From the NCBI GenBank assembly GCA_002269645.1, contig NIVC01000524.1:62001-126000 (forward strand): a DNA stretch of 64,000 nt. Direction: 5' to 3'. The number at the start of each line of letters is the position of its first letter. Position 1 is the first letter of the stretch. Under the pieces are notes generated by a model. The model made no database searches. It had not been told where the DNA came from and worked only from the letters and a program-made list of their open reading frames with translations. Source of the stretch: Macrostomum lignano. Taxonomy: Eukaryota. Positions 12,447-23,492 of this stretch are shown here, piece by piece. The position numbers and the translations under genes are program-made.

Positions 12447-12800
12447 TGGATTGAAGAGTAAAGGTTTTGCTTATTTCATTGTACTTCTGTACTATTACTC
12501 ATCATTTGCCTAGCTAATTTACCTGCCCCCCTCCGCGCCTCACGCCACTTTCTCACCCCCCCCCCATTCTGATTTGGTTAAACGTACGAGTACATAGTAA
12601 GTCATGCACACTTACAACCCCCCCCCCCCCGCTAAAGCCTGTGTCAACCCCGCCATATCTTATATTGAGAATAAATATACCTAGCTCAAGAGTAGACTGC
12701 GCTTACCCCCCCCTTGGTGATTTTGTTCTGCTACGATTGTCAATTGCGAGGCTAGCCGCCAAGTGCTGAGTTCTCAGTTCTTAAGAATCTCTTGTTAACA
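12447..12800 (+). repeat. 5' LTR (354 bp)
   Basis: By eye, identical to the 3' LTR except for the lengths of three poly-C runs (7 bp in total). Confidence 0.96.
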
Positions 12801-12804
12801 TTTT

Positions 12805-12822
12805 TGGTAGCAGAGCGTGGTT
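12805..12822 (+). promoter_or_regulatory. Primer-binding site complementary to the tRNA-iMet 3' end
   Basis: TGGTAGCAGAGCGTGGTT, 4 nt after the 5' LTR; matches the initiator-Met tRNA complement TGGTAGCAGAG. Confidence 0.85.
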
Positions 12823-12829
12823 CAGGTAA

Positions 12830-14059
12830 ATGGCCAGCCACGAATCGAATCAGCAGCAGACTGGCTGCTCAGAAGATGAAGAAGAAAAAGAGATCAGCAC
12901 TGAGGAGCGGCTTCGCATCGAACAGTTTCGACGAGTGAAGGCAAGAACGAAGTCTGCAGCAACTAGGACTCGAAACCGGCTGGTACTGTTGCTACAAAGC
13001 GACACCGATCATGAAGCGATCCAGCAAGCGTGCGATGCAGCCACTGCAGCACACGAAGAGTGCGTGAAGCTGCTTGACGAATTCTATGATGAGCTCCTTC
13101 AGCAAGAAGCCACAGAAGAAGCTCGAGACAAACTTCTGGACGAGCTGGATCAAGTGGAGCAGCAGTTTCAAGACACTATGAAATGTGTCACTCAGTTCAT
13201 CACTGCTCATCAGACTGCCGTGACTGCTGCGCCTGCGGCGACTGCCGCAACTGCGGCGACTGCGGTGACTGCCGCGACTGCGGTGACTGCGGTGACTGCC
13301 GCGACTGCGGCGACTGCGGCGACTGCCCCGAACATGATTTTCCATTCGGACAGCCAAGCTGCCTTGCACGCCATCAGTGGCTGCAGCACCAACTCTGCTA
13401 CAGTCCTTGACTGTATCAAACTCCTCAATGTGTTGGGTTCCGCCAACAAAATTACCCTTAAGTGGGTTCCGGGGCATGTGGGGATCCGAGGAAATGAGTT
13501 GGCTGACACCCTTGCAAAAGTTGGTGCCTCCGGCTCCTCTCTCGGCCCCGAACCTCTTGTCCCGATTCCTGGCTGTGTCATCGACTCGCGCATCAAAGCG
13601 TGGATCAGGACTCAGCACCGCTCGACTTGGGCGAACCGCACGAACTGCAGGCAATCCAGAGGCGCTGTCCCTCAGCCCTCTCACCAGCTCCGGAAGCTCC
13701 TCTTGCGCCTCTCGCGCAGAGACATCCGGGCTGCCACCATGACCCTCTCTGGTCACGGCTGCTTCTCCAGGCACCAGTACCTGCAGGGCAACGCCACCAA
13801 CGCCACCTGTAGTTTCTGCAACTCAGGTGACGAAACCGCTGAGCATTTCGTCAGCATCTGTCCCGCCTTCACGCGGGCCAGACTCACTTACCTCGGGCCA
13901 CACACATCCATTACTGAAGCGTGCAAACCCGAAAACTTTAATCAGCTCATGCGCTACCTTCGGGCCACCCGCAGGGCTGAACTCTCCTTTCCAGAGAGCA
14001 CCATAGCTGCTGGCGACACTGGGGGACCTCCCTGGGCGGTGCCAACCCTCCGTCCATAG
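12830..14059 (+). CDS. Chimeric ORF (409 aa): BEL Gag N-terminus fused in frame to a LINE partial RNase H and CCHC finger
   Basis: Residues 1-~166 are the Gag coiled-coil plus a Thr-Ala-Ala linker. They are followed by FHSDSQAAL...WVPGHVGIRGNELADTLAK and GH...CSFC...ETAEHFVSICP, ending at the LINE stop codon. Confidence 0.7.
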   Translation: MASHESNQQQTGCSEDEEEKEISTEERLRIEQFRRVKARTKSAATRTRNRLVLLLQSDTDHEAIQQACDAATAAHEECVKLLDEFYDELLQQEATEEARDKLLDELDQVEQQFQDTMKCVTQFITAHQTAVTAAPAATAATAATAVTAATAVTAVTAATAATAATAPNMIFHSDSQAALHAISGCSTNSATVLDCIKLLNVLGSANKITLKWVPGHVGIRGNELADTLAKVGASGSSLGPEPLVPIPGCVIDSRIKAWIRTQHRSTWANRTNCRQSRGAVPQPSHQLRKLLLRLSRRDIRAATMTLSGHGCFSRHQYLQGNATNATCSFCNSGDETAEHFVSICPAFTRARLTYLGPHTSITEACKPENFNQLMRYLRATRRAELSFPESTIAAGDTGGPPWAVPTLRP

Positions 14060-14156
14060 CGACGCGTCGGCCGTTCAGGGACTAGCGGAATGGGCGCCCG
14101 CGCCTTCCCGCTGTGTCCCCTCCGGGACAGCCCTGCAGCTAAGTCAAGTAAGTCAA
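13327..14156 (+). mobile_element. 5'-truncated R1/LOA-like LINE (RNase H C-half, CCHC finger, TAAGTCAAG tail) nested in BEL gag
   Basis: Probable 11-bp TSD GCGGCGACTGC (13316-13326 and 14157-14167). The 3' tail is TAAGTCAAGTAAGTCAAG. Removing the insert plus one TSD restores one continuous frame from 12830 to 17399. Confidence 0.9.
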
Positions 14157-14168
14157 GCGGCGACTGCA

Positions 14169-17100
14169 GCGACTGCGGCGACTGCGGCGACTGCCACGAC
14201 TGCCGTAACTGCCGCGACTGCAACGACTGCAACGACGGCGACGATGGCGGCGACTGCGGCGACTGCGGCGACTGCCACAACTGCCGCGACTGCGACGACT
14301 GCAACGACGGCGACGACTGCGGCGACTGCGGCGACTGCCGCGACTGCGACGACTGCAACGACGGCGACGACGGCGGCGACTGCGGCTACGGCAATGCCGG
14401 TTGTGAGTGCCAGTAGTATTGATGACTCTGTAAGTGAGGCGGGCCATTCTCAGACTAGCAGCGGTGAAGCCGAGTTAGCAAAGGATCTTTGGAAGATGCT
14501 TCGGCGTGTAGAGATCCCAAAGTTCGGCGGCGAAAAGCAGCAGTACGAATCTTGGAAAGCCGCCTTTACTGCTTGTATTGATAGAGCTCCTGCCACGCCG
14601 GAATTCAAATTGCTTCAACTCCGTCAATATCTTCAAGGGCCGGCTTTGAAATTAGTCGAACATCTGGGTCACTCTGCCACTGCTTACGAGGCTGCCAAAG
14701 ACAGATTGGAACGCGAATTTGGGGGCAGCCGCCGACGTATCGCTCTGTATCTTGAAGAGCTCGATAACTTTCCACCCATCCGCTCCACCAATGCAAAAGA
14801 GCTTAAGCAATTCTCTAATCTGTTAGATGTCGCAGTTGTAAATCTCGAAGAGTCTGGTAAGGTCTCAGAATTGACTGACGGGTTGTTGTACGCAAAGTTG
14901 CAGAAGAAGCTCCCTGAGCAGATGGTGGCGCGTTACCGGCGTTGGCTATTCGAAGGACATAGGCAAGAGAGCGTAAAGATGTTACGTGAGTGGGTGCTGA
15001 TGGAGGCCGCTTTCCAGACAGAAGCCATGGAGATTGTGCACGGTGTGACGAGTGAAGAGAAGGTTAAGAAGGAGACGCGGTCCAAAACGTTTCTTGCAGA
15101 TCATCAACAAGCGTCTCCGTCAAAATCTTGTATGCTGTGTCAAGATCAACATGAGCTGTGGAAGTGTCCAACATTTAGACAGCTGTCAATTGAAAATCGG
15201 TGGAAGGCTGCGCAAGATTCGAAATCATGCTTTTGCTGCTTAGCTCGCGGTCATGCTGCTCGGATATGCCGTCATGGACGCCGATGTGGAATAGGTGAAT
15301 GCAACAAGTTTCACCACCGCTTGCTGCATTCTGACGAGGCTGCAAAAACTGAGTCGAAGAAGAATTCTCCGACCGAAGGAGGCAAAAAGAACGCTGAGTC
15401 GGGTCGCAAAGGAGCCGCCGTAACTATGATGGCAGGAAGTGGAAGTGCAACGTCGCTGCGAACAGTTCCAGTAGTTCTCAAGGCAGGCGGCCGTGTAGTG
15501 AAGGTGAACGCACTGTTGGACGACGCGAGTACAAGGACGTATGTGAATGCGGAGATTGCGGAAGCTCTGGGACTGGAGGGCAATGTGGAGCAAGTGAAAG
15601 TGAACGTTTTGAACGGACAGACAGAGACATTCTTGACAGCTCCGGTTACGATGACGCTCGAAAGTGTAGATGGAAGTCTGAGTCGTCCGATCACGGCATT
15701 CACGACAGACAGTGTCACCGGGAAGCTGAAGGCTACGGATTGGCAGACGACGGCAGCAGATTGGAAACATCTGGAGCGCATTCCATTTCCTCAGCTCCAT
15801 GCACCGCATCTCATAGACCTGCTGATAGGAGTGGATCATGCGGAGTTACACGTGTCCTACCGAGAAGTTCGCGGTGGCCCTGGGGAGCCACAGGCACGTT
15901 TGACTCCCCTTGGATGGACAGGTGTGGGTCCAGTAGAACAGATTCAGCATCAGACAAACTTGGCCAGCACCTTTTTCTGTGTCACCAGCGAGGAGATGCT
16001 GTCACCAGTGCTGCGCAAGTTCTGGGAGGTCGAAGAAATCCGGCCAGCTCAAGATCAAAATTGGACAGCGGATGAGCAAGCTGCAGTCGAGCAAGCCAAG
16101 TCTTCATTAAAGCTAACAAACGGCCGATACCAGGTGGGAATTCCGTGGAAGCCAGAGGCGAAAGTTCGCTCGAATAACTATGAGATGGCGATCAAACGGC
16201 TTTGCAACACGGAGACCCGGTTGAAGAAGGATCTGGAGGTGGCAAAGCAATACCAAGCATGTATAGAACGATATGAGCAGCTAGGCTACATCCGGCGCGT
16301 TGCAGTAGAGGAGTTCTCGGCCAGAAGGTGTTTTCTACCGCATTTCCCGATTATTCGATTCGACAAGCTGACGACAAAGGTTCGGATCGTCTTCGATGCC
16401 TCGGCGGGCGGAAACGAAAAGTCGTTAAACTCTCTGGTCTTCCCAGGGCCGAAGCTTCAGCGAGAATTGTTTGACGTTCTGCTTCGCTTCCGGAGAGATG
16501 CGGTGGCTGGGGCTTGTGATGTGTCCGAGATGTACCTCCAGATCGAAATGGCGCCAGAGGACAGGCCGACGCATAGCTTTCTACGCCGTGAGATGGACTC
16601 CAACAGGCCTGTTGAAATATTTGAGACCAACCGCATTGTTTTCGGCAACTCGAGCTCGCCGTTTCTTGCTCAGTTCGTAGTTCGTGAGCATGCAGAACGC
16701 ATGAAAGAAGAGCTACCATTAGCTGCAGACGCTGTTCTCAACTCCACCTATATGGACGATTGTTTAGATTCGGTCGGGTCAGAGGCTGAGGCGATCCAGC
16801 TGTTTCAAGAGTTGAAGACTCGCTGGGAGCGTGCAGGCATGCACCCCAGGAAATGGATGTCCAATTCGCGAGAATTGTTGAGCAGAGTGCCACCAGAAGA
16901 TCGAGTAGCCGAAGTAACATTGGAAGGGACACCGATGCCATCCATCAAGACGCTTGGTGTAGAAGTAAGAAGCGATCGGAACAAGTGCACCTTTAAAGTC
17001 GACCAGCCGTTTGGTGCGAACCGCATTGGAGAGACCAAGTCTGTCACAGCTCCGGACCAGTGGAGGTGTGTCACGACCGAATTCCATCCAGCCGATGCGT

Positions 17101-17399
17101 TGTCTCGAGGAACTTCAGCGAAGCAGCTGACGGAGGTTGACAGCTGGTGGCATGGACAAAGGGTGACTGGTCGGAGCACAGTCGTTAGCATGAATGAGGA
17201 ACGATCGGCGGTCAGACGATTAGACCCGACCATAGCGACCAGGTTCTCGAGCTCAAAGCGGCGCATCTGCATGCAAGGCGAGACAGCTCGATTCGCGACC
17301 ATCATCTGCTGGTTGCAGCGGAGAGACGGGTGCGAGTTGCAAAAGTGCAGCTGGTTGGCAAGGCCTCCGCGAGGCCGATTGCGAGGCTGCGTCTGCTAA
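14169..17399 (+). CDS. BEL/Pao Gag-protease-RT polyprotein, remainder; RNase H core and integrase deleted
   Basis: Pao gag (IPKFGG..YESWKAAF...KLLQLRQYLQG), three zinc knuckles (CMLC..H..C, CFCC...GH...C, C...C...HH.LLH), protease ALLDDAS, and RT FLPHFP..KVRIVFDAS...YMDD. The frame jumps from the RT end straight to PFGANRIGE...WRC...HPADALSRG. No HHCC or DDE integrase before the stop. Confidence 0.9.
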   Translation, partial: ATAATAATATTAVTAATATTATTATMAATAATAATATTAATATTATTATTAATAATAATATTATTATTAATAATAMPVVSASSIDDSVSEAGHSQTSSGEAELAKDLWKMLRRVEIPKFGGEKQQYESWKAAFTACIDRAPATPEFKLLQLRQYLQGPALKLVEHLGHSATAYEAAKDRLEREFGGSRRRIALYLEELDNFPPIRSTNAKELKQFSNLLDVAVVNLEESGKVSELTDGLLYAKLQKKLPEQMVARYRRWLFEGHRQESVKMLREWVLMEAAFQTEAMEIVHGVTSEEKVKKETRSKTFLADHQQASPSKSCMLCQDQHELWKCPTFRQLSIENRWKAAQDSKSCFCCLARGHAARICRHGRRCGIGECNKFHHRLLHSDEAAKTESKKNSPTEGGKKNAESGRKGAAVTMMAGSGSATSLRTVPVVLKAGGRVVKVNALLDDASTRTYVNAEIAEALGLEGNVEQVKVNVLNGQTETFLTAPVTMTLESVDGSLSRPITAFTTDSVTGKLKATDWQTTAADWKHLERIPFPQLHAPHLIDLLIGVDHAELHVSYREVRGGPGEPQARLTPLGWTGVGPVEQIQHQTNLASTFFCVTSEEMLSPVLRKFWEVEEIRPAQDQNWTADEQAAVEQAKSSLKLTNGRYQVGIPWKPEAKVRSNNYEMAIKRLCNTETRLKKDLEVAKQYQACIERYEQLGYIRRVAVEEFSARRCFLPHFPIIRFDKLTTKVRIVFDASAGGNEKSLNSLVFPGPKLQRELFDVLLRFRRDAVAGACDVSEMYLQIEMAPEDRPTHSFLRREMDSNRPVEIFETNRIVFGNSSSPFLAQFVVREHAERMKEELPLAADAVLNSTYMDDCLDSVGSEAEAIQLFQELKTRWERAGMHPRKWMSNSRELLSRVPPEDRVAEVTLEGTPMPSIKTLGVEVRSDRNKCTFKVDQPFGANRIGETKSVTAPDQWRCVTTEFHPADALSRGTSAKQLTEVDSWWHGQRVTGRSTVVSMNEERSAVRRLDPTIATRFSSSKRRICMQGETARFATIICWLQRRDGCELQKCSWLARPPRGRLRGCVC

Positions 17400-18063
17400 T
17401 CACGAAGGGAGGCTTGAGAACTGACTAGTTGAGGTTTTGGCCAAACTTTAATTTATTGAAAAATTTGTACGACTTAGCGATCATTTCCTTAACTTTGACT
17501 AGCCGTTGCATGCGTTTCAATTTTCGATGTTTTCAATTTCAAGCTATTTTGGTGATGGGTTGGCGCTACATTTTTCTTTTGTGGCTTTTGAGAGCTTTGC
17601 TTCCCTGCGCATTAAATCCAGTTTGGTTCTATCGCATTGTGTTTTTTCATGTCTGCTGTCTATTTTTGGGAGTTTTTGTCGTCTGTTTTTGTGTTTGTTT
17701 TCTGTTTTTGTGTTTTTGTGTTTTTTGCTTTTTTGGCGTTTGTTGCGAAGAGGTTTTGCATACTCTGTTCGGTTAATTTTCCCATTTTCAGCGTTTATCC
17801 CCTTTGCTCATTTCATCGCACTGTACGCTACTTTTTAGGTTCAACTCTGTTGTTAATCCAGTTCGAATATTTATCACACCCCCTGATCCGTTTACTGCAT
17901 CTAATTATTTGATCCCATTTTCACTTTGTCATTTCGTCTTGCGTATTTCATCCTTGCGATTTAACTATGTTCCTGAAAAGTACGCGGTACTATAATAATT
18001 GAATGTTTCCATTTTTAAGATCTTTTTTCGAGGTGCTCTTTGTTGTTGGCATGTGCTCATGCC

Positions 18064-18074
18064 AAGAAGGGAGG
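18064..18074 (+). promoter_or_regulatory. Polypurine tract
   Basis: AAGAAGGGAGG, 2 nt before the 3' LTR. Confidence 0.85.
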
Positions 18075-18076
18075 TA

Positions 18077-18423
18077 TGGATTGAAGAGTAAAGGTTTTGC
18101 TTATTTCATTGTACTTCTGTACTATTACTCATCATTTGCCTAGCTAATTTACCTGCCCCCCTCCGCGCCTCACGCCACTTTCTCACCCCCCCCCATTCTG
18201 ATTTGGTTAAACGTACGAGTACATAGTAAGTCATGCACACTTACAACCCCCCCCGCTAAAGCCTGTGTCAACCCCGCCATATCTTATATTGAGAATAAAT
18301 ATACCTAGCTCAAGAGTAGACTGCGCTTACCCCCCCTTGGTGATTTTGTTCTGCTACGATTGTCAATTGCGAGGCTAGCCGCCAAGTGCTGAGTTCTCAG
18401 TTCTTAAGAATCTCTTGTTAACA
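18077..18423 (+). repeat. 3' LTR (347 bp)
   Basis: Matches the 5' LTR and is followed by the TSD TAATC. Confidence 0.96.
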
Positions 18424-19289
18424 TAATCCGCCTAAAGTCCAGGATTTGCGTCGCTGTGCCCCAGTGTGGTCGGATGTCGTTCTGCTCCAGCCGGAGAAAC
18501 GGTTCCAGCACCGGCGGCAGAGCCGCATCAGCAAGATCTTGTTGAAGAAAGATCAAGCTTCGCGGCAAACGACAGCACGCGGAAAGCACTTGAAACTCGT
18601 CTAATCTAACCCGACATATTAAAAATGCCGCATTTAGACCATGTAGCAAAGTATGACATCCAGGTCTGCCTCAGTGAGACTGTACATGTCTTGGACAACA
18701 GAGTATATACGAGACGGACTTTATAATCTATTTTTTTAGAAATGAGCTAGAGGCTGGGCCGGGTAGATCGATCGAACTTATATTTGTGGTATCGCTAGTA
18801 CATTTAGTATTGCTTGCGCTGAATGGGGTCTCCACCCTCCACCATAGGAAAATTTGGAAGCAAAAATCTGCAGTCGAAAAATCTTTTTTCTTGAGAGCAT
18901 GCAGTGGTTGTAGCCGTGGCTTGGTGGTGGAGTTAGTTTATGTTTTTTCCACTGGATTAAATATAAATTGAATTTTTCGAACCAGTCAACTAAGTAAATT
19001 CACTATAGTTGAAAGAGGTCTTCAAATAACTACAGAGAGGAAACTATACGGAACGTTCGCCAGCGACGCGTTAAAGATAATAATGACGATTACAAATTTC
19101 TTAGAATGCGACGCGACCCTAAGCGATGGTTCATCGGTTGGTGTTCATTTCAATTTAATGTTGATTGAAATTGTGGACCTAAGCCTCCCTACAAGTAAAT
19201 CATAACGTCTTAAACTTTATCATGTCATTATTCATTCCTAATATCTAAGGTTTGAAATCATAATTATCTATCACAGTAGGCCTAGGCCC

Positions 19290-20778
19290 CTAACACCTTT
19301 TTGCGTTCTATTTCGATAAAACTGCATTCAATTTCGGCAAACTGGCTTTCATTTTCGGCATCAGCTACGGCCGCACATCCAAACTGCATTCGAATTCGAC
19401 AAACCGAGAAACAATTTCGGCAAACTGCATTCAATTTCAGCAGCCAGCGCCTCGTGCCACAGACTGTCTATGAAAATAAGTGCATCTAAACCCAAAACTG
19501 ATTTTCAATTTCGGCAAACTGCACTCAATTTCGACAGTGCTAATCTAAAAAGGGAATAAATACAAAAAGAGGACTTAGGTCTTAGGACTTAGAATCTGCA
19601 CAGTACTGCATTTGGAGTACAGTTAAGGTGTAGTTGAATGTGTATCACTTGTGCATGAATACTATGTACATACTGTGCAATTGTTTCTGGCTATGCACTT
19701 TGTTCCTTCGTGCACTATTGCTTGCTGAATGCTGATGAGTGCACAGGTTTTTGCATGTTCAATTACACCTTAACTATATTCCAAATGCAGTACTTGTTCA
19801 GAATTTAAGAAATCCCTCTCTTTTGTTTTTATTCCCTTCTTAGATTGGCACTATCAAAATTGAGTGCAGTTTGCCAAAATTGAAAATCAGTTTTGGGTTT
19901 AGATGCACTTATTTCTATAGATAGTCTGTGTCTGAGGTACTGGCTATAGAAATTGAATATACTATGCTGAAATTCAATGTAGTTTTTGTTGTAGGGCTCT
20001 TACTTCTGTCCTCCAACTATCCCACTATTGCCACCAAAGTTGTCACAGGGCTGTTTTACCTCCTACTCTATCAATTTTAATCCCAACCGCTGATACTAAA
20101 TTCTGCCTTTGGTATCTCTAACTGTTTCTTAGAATTTCATTTAAATATACTGGTAGCGTTGTATGTATTAATCTGGTAGCGTTCTTAGTATATGGTCTGG
20201 TAGCGTTCTTAGTATATGGCCTGAGCGGTCTTACTGGTATATGTACTTTCTCTCTCCAGTCTGGGCGTTACCGAGATTAGAGGGTCACAGCGATTACTCT
20301 TGGTACTACTCTTTGCATGAATCCCAATTGCAACCTCCAACCTTCTTTACAATACTCTTAGAAATGAACAATGATCTGAGAACGATTTATAGAACACGTT
20401 TTGAGCTTATAGCTATTGAACGAGTTATTTCTTCTTCCTCTCAGCCTGCTCCTATTTATACTATTTGAACGTGTGTATTTTTAACAAACATCAAATATTG
20501 AGAATATATAGAATATATAGAATATTTTGAATATATAGATATTTTGCAGAGTAAAACAAATTATTAGTGCAGATTCAAACTGTTATATTCCTAGAAACTA
20601 TTAACCACTTCTACATTTTTTAAATTTGAATATCAGTTTGTCTAAATAAAAACTCAAGTTGCCAATTTGTAGAATTTGAATGCAGTTTAGATGTGCAGCC
20701 ATACTTGATGCCATAAATGAAAGCCAGTTTGCTGAAATTGGATATAGTTTTATCAAAATAGAATATAAAAAGGTGTAA
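19290..20778. mobile_element. Nested fold-back / inverted-repeat element with asymmetrically mutated arms
   Basis: 19291-19410 is the reverse complement of 20661-20777, and 19415-19570 is the reverse complement of 19815-19975 (about 80-85% identity by eye). No TSD identified. Confidence 0.7.
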
Positions 20779-21356
20779 TAGTAATAAATTTTACAACCCT
20801 GTTAGGCCTACTATAAATATTGTCCTATAGGCCCTACTAGTAGGCCCTACTAAGCCTTATTAAATGATGTTGATGTAATGTCTAATATTGTGTAATAAGA
20901 ATATAGATTGGCCCTAGTTTTATAAGGACTAGGCCTATGGTCCAGTCTTGTTATTATAATTTAAACCTAATTTTAGGTCTATTAATGTTCAACAAAGGAG
21001 TCTAGAGTTAGGCCTAGACTCTAGACAACATCATTTTATATTTCATATATTTAGGCTGGTTACTAGCTTTATAAAATCATAGGACATTAGCAATTATATT
21101 ATTATATTTTTATTTTAGCTAAATATCATATTACATTTATATAGATGATAGACCTAAGGATATAATAGTCTAAAGTCAATGAATGGGATTGAATTTAAAT
21201 TTTAATTAAAATTAAAAAAGAATAGGCCCAAGATTTAAAATTTTAATATTAAATAAGCCCTAACAATTGGCCTATTTTTTGCCATTGGCATTGGATATAA
21301 TATCAATATAAATTTAATAAAATAATCAACTTATTTTATTAACTTAATGCTATAGG

Positions 21357-21531
21357 CAATGTTGCAACCAGGGGGGGGGGCCAAAGGCAGTTGCCCTCCC
21401 TTAGGCCAGAAAAATCAGAGATGGGGCGAAGCAAATTTTCACCAAAAATAGAGCCATCTCTTTTCCCTCCTCCTGGGTCTTTACCCTCTAGAATTCACCC
21501 TCCTCTCAAAACATTTCTAGTTGCGCTACTG
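21357..21531 (-). mobile_element. Decayed hAT-type MITE, same family as 52809-52968
   Basis: Reverse complement reads CAGTAGCGCAACTAG...CTGGTTGCAACATTG. Flanks GCTATAGG and ACTATAGA look like an 8-bp TSD with two G>A changes. The internal sequence aligns with the 52.8-kb copy. Confidence 0.8.
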
Positions 21532-22086
21532 ACTATAGAATCTGTAGTCTATTATATTATTATACTTAAGCCTGCACAAGGCCAAATTCTAAAAAAATAA
21601 AATAACACTTTTATTTTTACTTTTATCATCCATTTGAAATAGGCCTATACAGTATTATAGATTAAAAAAACAAGTCAATAGGCTTATTATATAAAGTAGA
21701 TCCTAGATATAACTTATAAGTCATTTTAATAGGCAATTGATACATATTTTGATGTCTATTTTAGTATAAATAAAAGACTTTTATACTAAATAGTTTACTA
21801 AACACAATTTAGACCCTAAATTTTGGGTAAGTTGGCAACATACTGCCAGCCAGCCTCAAACTGTTCAATCCATCTGTAAACCATTCATCAACTGATGGCA
21901 TCGGGAGTTGGGTCCATGAAAATTGATTAGGTGTTTGTGAATTTCAGGGCATTTCTGACCAAGGCTTTAAAGTCTAAAAATTGTGTGTCTCTGCCCTTCT
22001 GTAGAGTGAATGTTAGGGTCCATGATTGGAACAAATCTTGCAATTGCTGTTTTGCAACTCTGTGCTTGATCAGCTCTACTTGTGGC

Positions 22087-22623
22087 CAGTGGTGTGATTC
22101 AGGCGCAAATTTGCACCAGGCGCGAAAATGGCGCAAATGCGCAAATCCTGGGGGTCTGGCGCAAAATTTTGTGGAACCATAGGCACAAAAATTGCATTCT
22201 TATTTTCTACTTTTTACACTTATTCTCTTGTCAGACACTATGAAATACAAGAATGTCGTAGCTTAAGAGTAGGAGATTAATCTAACAAACTGAGTTCAAT
22301 CTCAGGCGTCAGCAGCAGAATGTGCAGAAGAAGAAGCAGAAGGAGGCAGAGAAGCTAGCTGAGCTTGTCTTGAAGCGCAAGGCTGCTGAGCTGCTGTCAA
22401 CATTGTCAATCACCAGCACTAGCAGTCGTCTGCCTGCAAACATCACTAACAAGAAGTTCAGGTGGGACATGGCTGGGACTTGAGAGACATGCTAATTGGT
22501 AGCCAGATGCATCTTCAAAAGTGTCATCAATTGACTTATTTGGCTGTCTGTAGAATATTATTGGCATGGCACGAAAATTTTCAGTTGGCGCGAAATTTGG
22601 CAAACTTTCCAATCACACCACTG
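22087..22623. mobile_element. Non-autonomous hAT DNA transposon (537 bp)
   Basis: Perfect 13-bp TIRs CAGTGGTGTGATT / AATCACACCACTG and a perfect 8-bp TSD CTTGTGGC. GGCGCAAAT/GCGCGAAAAT subterminal repeats. Confidence 0.95.
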
Positions 22624-23492
22624 CTTGTGGCTTTCTTCTAAGTGAGCATAGAAGCACTATGCTATGTGTATTTCTATGGCCAAGGGTCTGCAAACAAATT
22701 CATGCTGTTTACAGTAGGAAGCACTTATAAAATTCAGACTTTTGTGGCATGAAAGCTAAAATAAGCCACTAACTTTTAAGGCATATGATTTTTTTATCAC
22801 ACATTAATACTTGTTGAAGCAAGCAAAAGTGACACAACTTCTGGAATGCCCCTCATAGTAATCTTCCTAAAAGAAGCTTAAAAGTAATTAGTAAAAATTT
22901 TCTCTTGGTAAACTACAGTTGATCCAATTAGTAGAACAGAAGCTTTTTATATAAAATATTTACTATTACTATATATAATTAGTGTTAAGCACCAATCCAT
23001 TAATAAGTGTTAACAAACATTAAGATTCTCTTTTTAACAATAATTAACTGACTAGGCCTATTAAGATTGTTTTTTACTATCAGATTATTAAAATTTAATT
23101 TTTTAATTTTGTGAGTAAACACAAATTTATTAATGTTAATAAACTGTGCCAATGAGACCAAAGATGCAAAGAAAGAAAAAAGGTTTGAAAAGAGGTTAAA
23201 ACACTATAAATCTATTTTAATTTACCTAAATGCCAAATTAATCTCTTTTTATAATGATAATCATACAAATGTAACAAGTTGTTACTTATAAATTTTAATG
23301 AATTTTGAATTATAATTATGAACTTTATTGTTTGCAAATGAGTATTGCTTTAATTTGCTTCTTTTATTCTTTCCCAATCTTTAATAACTTTCTTTGCACC
23401 TGCTAGTTTTTTGAAACAATTTTCTTGTTTATATTTAAATAATTAACTAGCTTTCAAGTTTCAAATAAAAAATCTATTTCTTTTACTTTATG

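Larger units (their letters stand above)
12447..18423 (+). mobile_element. BEL/Pao LTR retrotransposon, internally deleted (non-autonomous), recently inserted
   Basis: TG...CA LTRs at 12447-12800 and 18077-18423, 5-bp TSD TAATC (12442-12446 and 18424-18428), PBS and PPT present, Pao-type gag-PR-RT ORF. Confidence 0.97.

Noticed and set aside
13327-13530. Functional replacement of the lost BEL RNase H by the LINE RNase H
   Set aside because: The captured piece lacks the first two catalytic residues (the DGS Asp and the Glu) and is fused to Gag, not to RT.
17429-18000. Hydrophobic ORFs before the 3' LTR as an env-like gene
   Set aside because: T-rich low-complexity 3'UTR giving short Phe/Cys/Val-rich translations in several frames, with no signal peptide, furin site or fusion-protein pattern.
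18430-18650. GC-rich, coding-looking stretch right of the 3' LTR
   Set aside because: Only about 60-80 codons are open, with no recognisable motif, no matching continuation left of the LTR element and no convincing splice pair.
21840-22086. Short minus-strand ORF interrupted by the hAT element
   Set aside because: No recognisable domain; stops on both sides; likely a decayed TE fragment.
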